From: a phage
Assembly (NCBI GenBank): GCA_021146325.1
Contig: GCA_021146325.1_4321.1
DNA: 45,885 nt
Reading direction: 5' to 3' (one strand)
The position numbers and the translations under genes are program-made. This document shows, piece after piece, positions 20,335-29,222 of this stretch (positions are counted from its first letter, which is position 1; the number at the start of each line of letters is the position of its first letter). Under the pieces are notes generated by a model. It worked only from the letters and a program-made list of their open reading frames with translations. It had not been told where the DNA came from and made no database searches.

Positions 20335-21063
20335 TTATGACTCCCAATCCGGCACAGCCCAACAACGACAGCCGTATTCCTGACCAGGGAAGAGATCGTT
20401 ACCGCTCAACCTGAAGCTTAGGCCCTCTTTCTTGAAATGGGTCATTCGCTCCCTTTCATCAAGCATGCCGTGCCAAATGTAATGGGTAACACCAGCATCC
20501 TCTAGCCTCCTGCGCATGAACGTAGAGTTAATACTGGACGTGATGCCTGAGGCTATATTAGCAGTTCTCTTGCGGTAAATCTTGTACCTTTCGTTAATCT
20601 TAAGGTAGTCACCACTCTGTATGATTGATGCAGACTGAATAAAGTCGTCCTTGATATTGTTGAGTAACTTTTCAACGGACTTATTTGATGTGTAAAGCCA
20701 CTGGTTTAAATCCGGCTGATACCAATCTTCATCTCCATTTATACCGTTAAGTCTCAAGTCCATAACTGACTGAACCGAGCCGCCACCGGTCTTGATTGCC
20801 AGCACAAGAAACTGCGATGAATTATACCTGTATATTGACGCTCCAATTGCCGGAAGTGTAGCTACAACAGAAGCTATAAGCGCTGCTATGATTGCGTCGA
20901 GATAATTATCTTCCTGCTCTAGCTCCTCGGCAGTGTCAATCTTAAGCCGCGTAGCTGATTCTTTCATTGCAGATATTAGCTCAGTTACCGCAACGCTAAG
21001 GTTGCGGTTTACCTGATTCTCAATTGTCTGCGGGTACTTCCAGCGGGTCTTCACTGGTTTCAT
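20335..21063 (-). CDS. minor head morphogenesis protein
   Basis: 242-aa ORF directly after the portal gene. Confidence 0.6.
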   Translation of the reverse strand: MKPVKTRWKYPQTIENQVNRNLSVAVTELISAMKESATRLKIDTAEELEQEDNYLDAIIAALIASVVATLPAIGASIYRYNSSQFLVLAIKTGGGSVQSVMDLRLNGINGDEDWYQPDLNQWLYTSNKSVEKLLNNIKDDFIQSASIIQSGDYLKINERYKIYRKRTANIASGITSSINSTFMRRRLEDAGVTHYIWHGMLDERERMTHFKKEGLSFRLSGNDLFPGQEYGCRCWAVPDWES

Positions 21064-22324
21064 TGATTGTTACCTCTGTCTCAATTGAACCTTCACCAAT
21101 CTTAACCTCAGGGGCTAATGCGCGCAAGGTATCTCGTGCTTCGTCTGCATCCATCACGCCGTTAGTGATAAGAGCAGTAATTGAATCAACGTTATTCTTC
21201 AGTATTTCAGCGCGGTCTTTCTTCGATTCCTGAGCTAGAGGGTTAAACTCAACTGACCATTCTTGCTCGGTTGTGATGAACGGGATTAAGAACCCAAGAA
21301 CTGGAAGTAGCTCTTCGTTACGCTTGCGGTCAATCAACTTGTGGAATGTCTCTAGCGCTGTGTTTTGGCTAGATGATAACCCGCCAACGTTACGACCTTT
21401 GAGAATGATTTCATGGATACCGCTCAGAGCAACAATTCTGTCGAACTTCTTATCGAGGAATCCATCAATCCCACCAATATCCGAGTTAAGAACGCTGTAC
21501 TCTTCAGCTTCAGCGTCGATACCAATCGCGCGACCAACGCCAGAGTTATCATCAACCTGGGCAAGCCTCAACCTGGCCGCACCAAAACCTTCCGCGTCGT
21601 CACACAGTTCAGCAAGGCCTTTAGCCTTCCACACCGCCTGCTGCTTGCGGCGCAATAACTGAGTTGCCAGTTTCTCACACGTCTGATAATCCTTGATTGA
21701 TTCAAGCAGGTCAGGAACCAGAACGCTAGCACCCCACCCGTCATTACCGCGACGCAATGAACTAGGAATCTTCTCGCCATCCATAATGTGAACTCGCGAG
21801 TAGTGCACATCATAAAACATGGCGCCACCTTCTGGCGTGATGCGGTACGTTAATGGCTTACCGAATCGCACATTGCGAGGGTTTTCCTCCTTAGTCTGAA
21901 CTCTTACCTGGCTACGCTCATAAACGCGAAGTGATTCAAGTTCAGCGCCTTCACGTACCGGGCTAGTTAGCGCACGATTGTCCTTAACGATAGCCACAAT
22001 TGCAGAGCCGCCAAATAACCTCGCCCATGACCATGCGTCAGAGATTGACTCGTTAACCCTCAGGTAATCCCACCTGGACCAGAATTCACCTTCGTCATCA
22101 ATACCATCGATATGGAAACCTGCGGCGATTGCTGTCTCCGGTATGGTGTCGACGATGCGGCGTACAATTGAGTTTGATGCGTACAGTGAATCAGCGAAAG
22201 GAGGTGTAAGATACGTGTTGCCAAAGTGCCCGTAAATCTCGCTACCATCACTGGGGCCACCAAGAAATTGCGTGGCGTATGAATCTGCTTTTACCATTTT
22301 ATTTGCTCCAATAAAAAGCCCCAT
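21020..22324 (-). CDS. portal protein
   Basis: 434-aa ORF after TerL; probable start is ATG 22297 (MVKADSY, RBS GGAG) because 22317..22332 forms a terminator hairpin. Confidence 0.8.
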   Translation of the reverse strand: MGLFIGANKMVKADSYATQFLGGPSDGSEIYGHFGNTYLTPPFADSLYASNSIVRRIVDTIPETAIAAGFHIDGIDDEGEFWSRWDYLRVNESISDAWSWARLFGGSAIVAIVKDNRALTSPVREGAELESLRVYERSQVRVQTKEENPRNVRFGKPLTYRITPEGGAMFYDVHYSRVHIMDGEKIPSSLRRGNDGWGASVLVPDLLESIKDYQTCEKLATQLLRRKQQAVWKAKGLAELCDDAEGFGAARLRLAQVDDNSGVGRAIGIDAEAEEYSVLNSDIGGIDGFLDKKFDRIVALSGIHEIILKGRNVGGLSSSQNTALETFHKLIDRKRNEELLPVLGFLIPFITTEQEWSVEFNPLAQESKKDRAEILKNNVDSITALITNGVMDADEARDTLRALAPEVKIGEGSIETEVTINETSEDPLEVPADN

Positions 22325-22333
22325 TTAGGGGCT
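22311..22333 (-). terminator. rho-independent terminator closing the small gene 22356..22709
   Basis: hairpin AGCCCC-ATTTA-GGGGCT then TTTTAT on minus. Confidence 0.55.
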
Positions 22334-22355
22334 TAGTTTAGCATAGCTTTTATGG

Positions 22356-22709
22356 TTACTCGAATTTTACTTCGAACTCGATTGATGATGTTTTCACTCC
22401 ATTAAGTGTTAACTGGCGAACCTCCCTTCTGACTTCATAAAATGCCTCTTTAGTTACTATGTCTTTGTTGATGAAGTATTTAATCCCAGCCTTTTCAACT
22501 TTAAAATTATCACCTTTAACGACAAAATCGGTAGGCTCTATAACTTCGAAATCATAAACACTAAGATTAATTACGCCCAAATAGCCTTTATCATCCTTAA
22601 CTTTGACGTATTCATTATTACTTCCAGGCGTTCTTGATAAGTCATAAATCTTACCAACGGTAAAATCAAAATAACCAGCTTTTTTATACCCTTTAAATAC
22701 TGCTTTCAT
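22356..22709 (-). CDS. hypothetical protein, moron-like unit between TerL and portal
   Basis: 117-aa ORF flanked by its own promoter cassette and terminator. Confidence 0.55.
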   Translation of the reverse strand: MKAVFKGYKKAGYFDFTVGKIYDLSRTPGSNNEYVKVKDDKGYLGVINLSVYDFEVIEPTDFVVKGDNFKVEKAGIKYFINKDIVTKEAFYEVRREVRQLTLNGVKTSSIEFEVKFE

Positions 22710-22738
22710 TTTTTACTCCTCTCGTTTGCGTGAAGTAA

Positions 22739-22784
22739 CTATAAGCCATCCTTGGCGGCGCGTCTTTAGCAAAACGTGCTATTT
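22739..22784 (-). promoter_or_regulatory. promoter cassette copy (IR TAGCACGTTTTGCTA, 22 bp, TTATAG)
   Basis: IR core 22767..22781; its TAG is the TerL stop codon. Confidence 0.55.
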
Positions 22785-24398
22785 GATGCCAGCGAGGCGC
22801 ATCATCCTCGATTTAGGGTCTTCTGCAATGTTCAGTACCAGGTTGACAGCCATTGTCAAACAGTCTATCTGGTCATCGTGAACATGTGAATCATCTGCCG
22901 TGAATGCCGCAATCTCCGTTAGCAAGCCATTAAGCCAAGTAGCAGACTCCGGAAGGATTACGTTACCAGCTTTAATCTGCGGCAATGCACTCATTACGCG
23001 AGTCAGCTTATCGTTATCCGGAACGTACGGCTCGATAGGCGTTCGCATAACCCTTCCGGCTGATTGAATCAGGCCAATACCAGAGGCTTTCTTCTCGATG
23101 ATGATTTTACGAAGGATGCCATCTATCTGATTGGATGCCCTAGCCATCTTCTCGAAATCCAATAACTCAGCCTCGAGCTCAGGAGCTTCAAATTTACCGC
23201 GCCGCTGGTCAAGAAGATAAATCTTCCCATCCTTATAACCCCATAGCTGCATGACGCTAAAGTCGCTGTAACTTTTGGTTGTCATCGCAGTATCAAGGAC
23301 CATAAACCTGTAATCGTACTTAGCTGGCGGTCGCAGAGTGTCGCTAATGCGTTGAAGCCAGTCTACGTTAATCAGGTTGCCGCCAAGTGCTACTGGTTCT
23401 TGCTGATACTGGCTAAGGAATGTATAGCTATCAGAATCCCACATTGCAACTAGGTCGTGAACAGATTCCTTGCCAGGGAAATAGCTATAGTACCTAACAC
23501 CATCACGCTCAATATATTCGCTTGATAGAACGTCATCAATGAATTGCTGCTTAATCCAGTCAGGAAGCGTGTCGACGTAATCCTCAGTTACGAGCGCCGG
23601 TATCTTAATCAAGTCGAAGCTAATACCCATACCGCCATTCATCATGAACCACGTACTATCGTTCACATGAAGGCGCTGTTGGATAGAGATAATCGGCGTC
23701 GCCTTTCCTTTTACGGAGCTCGCCCTACGAGAGCGTATTGTATTCTTTAGCATCACGTGATTGTTAGCGCGAAAAACAGCAGAAAGCATGTCGGCTGGTT
23801 TGTCAAAATCATCTAACAGTACCGCACCACTATACGAATCGGTTATATATCCACCCCTCGCGCCTGTAATTTGGCCGCCAGTGGCTTTAGAGATTGACTC
23901 AAACCTGACCTTGCCATAGTCATCCAGGACCTGTAGCTCATCATCCTTACACGTACCAAACTTACATGGGAACAACTCCTGGAACTCAACAGACTTAATT
24001 AAGTCGCGCACACGCTTGGAGTTACGCTTAACCAGTGAGTCAGCATACGATATATTCAGGTTCCTTACCTTTCTCAACTTAACCATTGAGTAGGCTGGGA
24101 AGTGAATTGAGGCAATCTCTGTTTTTCCGCTACCAGGTGCTATGTTGATGATGGTATCTTTACGCTCACCCGCAATAATCTCATCAATGATTCTGCAAAG
24201 GTATTTATGATGCCAGTTTGGGATGTACCGCTCTCCCTGAGTTACCTGGAACCACACTCGCAAGAATCCCTCGAAGCTATGAGTGGATATCGCCTTAACC
24301 GCCATCTTTTCTGCTGGCGTCATTTCCTCCCAAACTAAATTAGCCATAATTTCACCAATCCAACCATCACGCCAATTAAGAATCCAGTTGTGAAGCAT
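22779..24398 (-). CDS. terminase large subunit
   Basis: 539-aa ORF with ATPase-like N-terminal region, at the head of the morphogenesis block. Confidence 0.85.
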   Translation of the reverse strand: MLHNWILNWRDGWIGEIMANLVWEEMTPAEKMAVKAISTHSFEGFLRVWFQVTQGERYIPNWHHKYLCRIIDEIIAGERKDTIINIAPGSGKTEIASIHFPAYSMVKLRKVRNLNISYADSLVKRNSKRVRDLIKSVEFQELFPCKFGTCKDDELQVLDDYGKVRFESISKATGGQITGARGGYITDSYSGAVLLDDFDKPADMLSAVFRANNHVMLKNTIRSRRASSVKGKATPIISIQQRLHVNDSTWFMMNGGMGISFDLIKIPALVTEDYVDTLPDWIKQQFIDDVLSSEYIERDGVRYYSYFPGKESVHDLVAMWDSDSYTFLSQYQQEPVALGGNLINVDWLQRISDTLRPPAKYDYRFMVLDTAMTTKSYSDFSVMQLWGYKDGKIYLLDQRRGKFEAPELEAELLDFEKMARASNQIDGILRKIIIEKKASGIGLIQSAGRVMRTPIEPYVPDNDKLTRVMSALPQIKAGNVILPESATWLNGLLTEIAAFTADDSHVHDDQIDCLTMAVNLVLNIAEDPKSRMMRLAGIK

Positions 24399-24465
24399 GT
24401 AGCTGCTATCATGTAATACGCCAATAATGCCTTAATCAATTATATCATACCAACCCGCCATGTTC

Positions 24466-24990
24466 TTACAGTTTGCTAATCACAGACTCCAGAGCTTCCT
24501 TCATCGTTTCGACGTCGTTAGCAGAAGAGTTATTGCTTATAGTGATCTCCTGCGGTTTGTCGATTCCAAGCTCCTTGGAAATCATGCCAGGGTTAACAAT
24601 GCCAGATGCTGCAAGCTGGTATTTCTGCTCGCGAATCACGGAATCAATGAATGCAATCACCTCATCATAACCAGCCGACTTCCTCCATTTCTCGATGGCG
24701 CTATGGGTGACACCGCAGTAAAGGCAGAATCCGGTTAGCGTGAAGACTCTTGGTTTGTGCACCAGGCTCTCTTTTACCACACCCTGGAAGCTGGCTGTCT
24801 CGATTGCCTTGATTGCCTGGTCCTCAGCCCATGAGAAGTATTTCACGGCGAATTCAAATAGCTGTTCGGGTGTCATGCTTCTGTTTTTGGCTAGCGTTGT
24901 AATGTCTGAGTACTTTTTATTGTACATGGCTTTAAAGTTGCCAGAGCGGACCTTTTCTTGCGCCTGACTGGTGAAGTTTTCGTCTTTCAT
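24466..24990 (-). CDS. terminase small subunit
   Basis: 174-aa ORF immediately upstream of TerL; strong RBS AAAGGAGG. Confidence 0.7.
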   Translation of the reverse strand: MKDENFTSQAQEKVRSGNFKAMYNKKYSDITTLAKNRSMTPEQLFEFAVKYFSWAEDQAIKAIETASFQGVVKESLVHKPRVFTLTGFCLYCGVTHSAIEKWRKSAGYDEVIAFIDSVIREQKYQLAASGIVNPGMISKELGIDKPQEITISNNSSANDVETMKEALESVISKL

Positions 24991-25017
24991 TTTGTTACCT
25001 CCTTTGTTTAGAGATGC

Positions 25018-25026
25018 ATTATATCA
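25018..25026 (-). promoter_or_regulatory. extended -10 promoter (TGATATAAT) for the packaging/structural operon
   Basis: TGnTATAAT match on the minus strand between terminator and TerS. Confidence 0.4.
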
Positions 25027-25035
25027 TATAGCAAA

Positions 25036-25062
25036 CGAAAAAAAGCCCTCAAGAATAGGGCG
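25036..25062 (-). terminator. rho-independent terminator ending the accessory operon
   Basis: hairpin CGCCCT-N7-AGGGC then T7 on minus. Confidence 0.6.
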
Positions 25063-25114
25063 AAGTATCGAACAACAACGAGAGATATGAAACAAACAGA
25101 GAGTAGAACTTCTT

Positions 25115-25303
25115 TTACTTTCGCTCACGAACGTAAGCTACTAGGAATTTGTGGTAATCCGGGTCGGCACCAGACATTACCTTAACTTTCGCTACTGCTT
25201 CCTCTGAGGACTTAGCAGTAACCGACGCGATAAATTCTTGAGTGCAACTTTTGCAACTACGACCCATTAATCGGATTGAAAGCTTAACATCCCAGAGCTG
25301 CAT
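25115..25303 (-). CDS. hypothetical protein
   Basis: 62-aa ORF. Confidence 0.4.
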   Translation of the reverse strand: MQLWDVKLSIRLMGRSCKSCTQEFIASVTAKSSEEAVAKVKVMSGADPDYHKFLVAYVRERK

Positions 25304-25496
25304 TTTTTATCTTCCCGCTCTGATTGCTATAGTTTTGAGTTTCTCTTTCAAGCTCGAGATAACCTTTAATATCCGCGCTAACTGAAACCCCGCCAATCAC
25401 ACCCTTTAAGCATTTATGTTCACGGTCAAGTGTTGCGTTGAATTTTTGGGAAGTGCCGCTTTCAATATCTTTTACGATGATTGTTACTTTTTTCAT
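25284..25496 (-). CDS. hypothetical protein
   Basis: 70-aa ORF; overlaps the next ORF by 20 nt. Confidence 0.4.
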   Translation of the reverse strand: MKKVTIIVKDIESGTSQKFNATLDREHKCLKGVIGGVSVSADIKGYLELERETQNYSNQSGKIKNAALGC

Positions 25497-25527
25497 TTAA
25501 TCCCCCAGGATTATTGGTTTCTTAATT

Positions 25528-25603
25528 TGGTGTTCCGCACTGGACTCGAACCAGTAACTAAGACTTAGGAGGTCTTTGCGTTATCCTGTTACGCCAGCAG
25601 AAC
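25528..25603 (-). tRNA. tRNA-Arg (anticodon CCU)
   Basis: 76-nt cloverleaf folded by hand: 7-bp acceptor stem, D-arm GCGT/ACGC, anticodon loop CUCCUAA, T-arm ACTGG-TTCGAGT-CCAGT, 3' ACCA. Confidence 0.8.
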
Positions 25604-25772
25604 AAATCCTTGAGTAGCGATTGCGCTATTGAAGGATTGCTGGTTACGCTTCCAGCGTCGAGTTTCTCGACCGATTTCGCCATATACGCTGCTTAGTGAG
25701 TTATGGACTTTGTTGCCACTTGGTGGCCTCGTCTGTCTACAGTTGTTAATGTACCAGTCAGGGTTAGATGTG

Positions 25773-25970
25773 TCAACTTACTCTTTCGAATTTCCCATAA
25801 TTCTGGTCATACGGGTAGTCAATGCTCACCAATTCGCCATTATCGCTGTAGCAGAATGCGTGGCCAGTCTTCGATACCTTTTCGACCTGGTAATCGCATC
25901 CATCCATGAAGTCATCCGATGCCGCCTTTGTGCACTTGATAGCATCGCCTTTCTTAATAATCTTACTCAT
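25773..25970 (-). CDS. hypothetical protein
   Basis: 65-aa ORF. Confidence 0.4.
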   Translation of the reverse strand: MSKIIKKGDAIKCTKAASDDFMDGCDYQVEKVSKTGHAFCYSDNGELVSIDYPYDQNYGKFERVS

Positions 25971-26185
25971 TAAAACTCCTCAGTGATAAGCATCTTGCCA
26001 CAATATTTGCACTCGTAAAATGAGCAACTCTCACCGATTGATAGACCCTGTTTTGTTGACTCATAATACCCAGCATTTAGCGCTTTAATGTCAAAATCGT
26101 TAATGATTGACGTGAACGCGTAAACGTATCGATGTTTTTGGTTATTCTCATTCCCATTCATACATGGAGCTCCCGCTCTTATCAC
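25970..26185 (-). CDS. hypothetical Cys-containing protein
   Basis: 71-aa ORF with C-terminal CxxC. Confidence 0.4.
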   Translation of the reverse strand: MIRAGAPCMNGNENNQKHRYVYAFTSIINDFDIKALNAGYYESTKQGLSIGESCSFYECKYCGKMLITEEF

Positions 26186-26272
26186 CAGCTCATTACAAGC
26201 AAAAGCATACCTACACCCGTTGCAATAGCAAGACCAACAGCAATAAAAGTTAACACTAAATCAATGATAATG

Positions 26273-26509
26273 TCATTCATAAAGGCTATTCCCATTCTCA
26301 TCATGACCCACACGCCCTCGACGATAGCCCGCTATCCACACAAACTTATCACGTGCGATTATCGTGGATACCGGCCCCCATATCTGAGTGATAAGCGCCG
26401 CAACAACCTTATCATCTTTCTTTTTTGCGCCCAATTTGCCGTATTCGTCATTCAGCTTGTCAGCCTGTCGCTTAACTGCGTTAAAGTATGCGTCGTCTAA
26501 CCCGAACAT
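26273..26509 (-). CDS. hypothetical protein
   Basis: 78-aa ORF downstream of a promoter cassette. Confidence 0.45.
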   Translation of the reverse strand: MFGLDDAYFNAVKRQADKLNDEYGKLGAKKKDDKVVAALITQIWGPVSTIIARDKFVWIAGYRRGRVGHDENGNSLYE

Positions 26510-26538
26510 TTTCTACCCTCTAGCTGTTTGATATATAA

Positions 26539-26584
26539 ATTATATGGCATCCATGCCTTTGGTGTTTAGCTATTCGTGCTGTTT
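26539..26584 (-). promoter_or_regulatory. promoter cassette copy (degenerate IR CAGCACGAATAGCTA, 22 bp, TATAAT)
   Basis: IR core 26567..26581. Confidence 0.45.
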
Positions 26585-26706
26585 ATTTTATCTTCACGCT
26601 CCTTCCATAGATTCATCAGCTCGAAGTACATCATGGCAACCTCGCCAGTCTTAGCCTCATCCATCATCCGTTTAGCCCACTGGCTTGGTGTTTCGTAGTT
26701 ATCCAT
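26566..26706 (-). CDS. small hypothetical protein ending INSTNS
   Basis: 46-aa ORF not in the ORF track; last codons are supplied by the promoter motif. Confidence 0.35.
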   Translation of the reverse strand: MDNYETPSQWAKRMMDEAKTGEVAMMYFELMNLWKEREDKINSTNS

Positions 26707-26867
26707 TAGTAAACAAGAGCCTCGTGGTTTGCTATGTAAATCTCCTCATCGTGCTTGTTTTTAATGAAGTACCCATTGCCATCTTCGCTAGGCTCTGCAT
26801 AGAATACGTCGCCATGCTTTAAGCGCGCCATATAATCATCCTCACCAATATATACGATCTTAATCAT
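26706..26867 (-). CDS. small hypothetical protein
   Basis: 53-aa ORF with RBS GAGGTG; not in the ORF track. Confidence 0.35.
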   Translation of the reverse strand: MIKIVYIGEDDYMARLKHGDVFYAEPSEDGNGYFIKNKHDEEIYIANHEALVY

Positions 26868-26885
26868 GCAATCACCTCACTTAAA

Positions 26886-27020
26886 TTATAGTTCGTTAGA
26901 ATCGCTTTTAGCGTCATCTACGGCTGCTGAAATCATGTAAATAATCATGAAGCCCAATAACCAGAGTAACCATGGCAATGCTTCAACCAGAACTTCATCC
27001 ATCATTAACCCAGTATTCAT
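26886..27020 (-). CDS. small single-pass membrane protein
   Basis: 44 aa from Met MNTG, TM segment LPWLLWLLGFMIIYMISAAV (ORF track extended it to 27074 across the HNH end). Confidence 0.4.
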   Translation of the reverse strand: MNTGLMMDEVLVEALPWLLWLLGFMIIYMISAAVDDAKSDSNEL

Positions 27021-27030
27021 TTCTCTATCC

Positions 27031-27453
27031 TCAGATTTTGTTAATTTGCTCAAACTTCTCAAACCAGAAAACAACTGGATCCTCCACTATGGAGATGAGG
27101 CCGAACCGCTCTGCCGTGCGAAAATTCATGCTGCTCTTACGCCCGCGAGCTACTTGAAGAGACACCTGTTCCCTGAACATTTCAAGGGAATAGCAATTTT
27201 TCATGAGGTTGCATGGAGCACATGCAGGGTAAAGGTTTTCCATTCGATCAGCTTGTGGTCGATTAAACTCACCTGTCGCCTTCAGCTTGAAAGTTCCTTT
27301 CTCCGCTGCCTTCATGCATACCTCAGATTTACGTAGCACCGGTTCAACATGGTCAGCATGCCAGCCTTTCTCAGGTAGTTCACACCCACAATAAGCGCAG
27401 CGACCACCGAACTTGCCCTTCAACTCTTCCCTTTGAGATTTGCTTAATTTCAT
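27031..27453 (-). CDS. HNH homing endonuclease
   Basis: CAYCG...HADHV...CAPCN zinc-finger HNH signature, 140 aa, intact. Confidence 0.8.
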   Translation of the reverse strand: MKLSKSQREELKGKFGGRCAYCGCELPEKGWHADHVEPVLRKSEVCMKAAEKGTFKLKATGEFNRPQADRMENLYPACAPCNLMKNCYSLEMFREQVSLQVARGRKSSMNFRTAERFGLISIVEDPVVFWFEKFEQINKI

Positions 27454-27463
27454 TTTATAAACC

Positions 27464-27643
27464 TTAAATTTTATTCAATTGATCAAGAATCTCGAAAGCC
27501 AGTTCTCGAGCTTGCTCTTCATTTAAGTGGATAGTATGAACCTTAGGTTCATCATGCAAACCGAAAGCCTGGGCGATGATAAATGTTGTGTAACCATCGA
27601 AGTTGTTAGCCTGGAGCTTAGGGTTACTTTGCTGGAATTTCAT
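27464..27643 (-). CDS. small hypothetical protein
   Basis: 59-aa ORF; start overlaps the upstream stop (ATGA). Confidence 0.35.
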   Translation of the reverse strand: MKFQQSNPKLQANNFDGYTTFIIAQAFGLHDEPKVHTIHLNEEQARELAFEILDQLNKI

Positions 27644-27852
27644 TCTTCGACCACCTTGTACTCGCCTTCTTCAAAACTAACCATCTGTCCTATTGATACA
27701 AACTCAGTATCACGAATCGCTAGAGCTGATAAGCTACCGCACCTGTACCGACCGGTTACTTCTAATACGTCACCAACCTTAAACCCGCATTCTTCAAGTG
27801 TCAGAACGCCTTCTTCTGGTATGTAGTTCACGTCGATAATTTTAATTTTCAT
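27640..27852 (-). CDS. hypothetical protein
   Basis: 70-aa ORF directly downstream of a promoter cassette. Confidence 0.5.
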   Translation of the reverse strand: MKIKIIDVNYIPEEGVLTLEECGFKVGDVLEVTGRYRCGSLSALAIRDTEFVSIGQMVSFEEGEYKVVEE

Positions 27853-27883
27853 CTCTATACTCCATCTCGTTGTTGGTGTGGTA

Positions 27884-27929
27884 ATTATGCCATCCTTGGC
27901 GTCATATCGTTAGGCAAAAAGTGCTATTT
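27884..27929 (-). promoter_or_regulatory. promoter cassette copy (IR TAGCACTTTTTGCCT, 22 bp, CATAAT)
   Basis: IR core 27912..27926. Confidence 0.5.
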
Positions 27930-28001
27930 CCCACTCAGTAGTAATTTAGCTTTCCGATATAAATCCATAGCCACCTCAACCTCATCCTCACCGTACCGAA
28001 A

Positions 28002-28029
28002 GTGGTATGGTAGTAGACTACCATACCAC
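28002..28029. repeat. perfect 13-bp inverted repeat GTGGTATGGTAGT-AG-ACTACCATACCAC at the 3' end of gene 28029..28550
   Basis: read from sequence; on the minus strand the poly-U tail after it is short (UUUCGG). Confidence 0.7.
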
Positions 28030-28550
28030 TATTTAGTCTCCTTAATCATTTCTTGGTATGCGTTAATCATTGATACTGCACCCTTAAGTTCATCACCTTC
28101 AAGACCAGCGACGCTTGGTGATAGTTTCAACAATCGAGCCTTGAACCTTTCAATGGTAGCCGCCTCCTTCTCTTGCTCTGCCTTGCTTCTTGAGCCGGAT
28201 TTTACAGCGCCAGGAACCAGGCTAAGTGATGCGCAGTATGTCTCACTCTCGCCCTCAAAGTCGGTAAAACTAAGTGAGAACCTTGAGCGCACGTCAGCCG
28301 CCTTAATCTCAGGCATTCGGCTTACGGTGTTTGAAACGTATGACGCTTTTAGTTTTGGCATGTGGTATTCACCACCAGGTAGAACCTCCTCACCACTTAG
28401 CGATACGAACGTCTCACGACTCATGCCGAAGTATTGACGAGCAATCATGGTCACAGGGACTGTGCACACTTTGTCTTCTGACTTGAGCGCCTGACTCGCC
28501 ATGTATCGAATGATTTCACCCAAACTTACTGCTTCTTTATGTTCTGACAT
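28029..28550 (-). CDS. hypothetical early protein, first gene of the leftward accessory operon
   Basis: 173-aa ORF. Confidence 0.5.
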   Translation of the reverse strand: MSEHKEAVSLGEIIRYMASQALKSEDKVCTVPVTMIARQYFGMSRETFVSLSGEEVLPGGEYHMPKLKASYVSNTVSRMPEIKAADVRSRFSLSFTDFEGESETYCASLSLVPGAVKSGSRSKAEQEKEAATIERFKARLLKLSPSVAGLEGDELKGAVSMINAYQEMIKETK

Positions 28551-28649
28551 ATTCGTTACTCCTGATTGGTTGCTCTTCGTTAAGATGAAACCATGGTATC
28601 ATGAATATACGCGTTATCAAGTGTTATGTTGTGTTTATATCTGCATTGG

Positions 28650-28935
28650 TTACGCTTTTTGACCTCTCAGCCCAGCTATAGCTGGTGTAATTACCCTGTG
28701 TAAGATTTTACGCGGATTCGCCGGGGGTATGCATATGTATCTATATAGATAAAATTAGTAGTTTTCATAGAAAAACTATCGACCCATCCATACGACCAAT
28801 CTACACCATATACATACATATATATAATAATAATAATAATATAGTAAAAGGTTGATATATATAGATATTATTATGTAACCATTGCGTAATCTAGCGTGGT
28901 AGGCGTGTATGATTCTTCGGAAGCGCACCTCATAT
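28650..28935. repeat. AT-rich non-coding element B, homologous to element A at 2585..2880
   Basis: palindrome CCAGCTATAGCTGG at 28672..28685, (ATA)n, 65-bp block 28815..28879 nearly identical to 2766..2827. Confidence 0.8.
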
Positions 28936-29036
28936 ACACACCATAACTTCGATAACGTGTATATCCAAATTGGCTCAGCAAGAATCAAAATCAACTTGTA
29001 TGGTAGTTCATCCACCATTTATTCACCCTCACATCA

Positions 29037-29136
29037 ATCATTGCAAATCCCGCAACAATCAAAAACATCATTGCATTCGATGCAATATTGTTATATGTGC
29101 AATAGTAAGATTAATCATTGCAATATCTGCAATAAC
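29037..29136. repeat. iteron-like array: three ATCATTGCA and four TGCAATA copies, with perfect palindrome ATTGCAT-TCG-ATGCAAT at 29070..29086
   Basis: read from sequence; directly upstream of the first rightward promoter cassette. Confidence 0.65.
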
Positions 29137-29149
29137 ATATAAATCCAAC

Positions 29150-29195
29150 GAATAGCACTTTTTGCTAAAGACATTTAGGTATTGCGGAGTTATGG
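29150..29195 (+). promoter_or_regulatory. promoter cassette copy (IR TAGCACTTTTTGCTA, 22 bp, TTATGG)
   Basis: IR core 29153..29167. Confidence 0.5.
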
Positions 29196-29222
29196 TTCAC
29201 TCATCAACAACGAGGAGAGAGA

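Noticed and set aside
4959-21828. Many 60 to 130-aa ORFs on either strand overlapping the large structural genes (for example 5423..5632, 11535..11747, 12359..12676, 19244..19633, 21273..21662)
   Set aside because: They overlap long, coherent structural genes in other frames or antisense and show low-complexity composition; treated as frame artefacts.
25604-25700. Possible second tRNA next to tRNA-Arg
   Set aside because: No T-loop consensus or cloverleaf could be folded.
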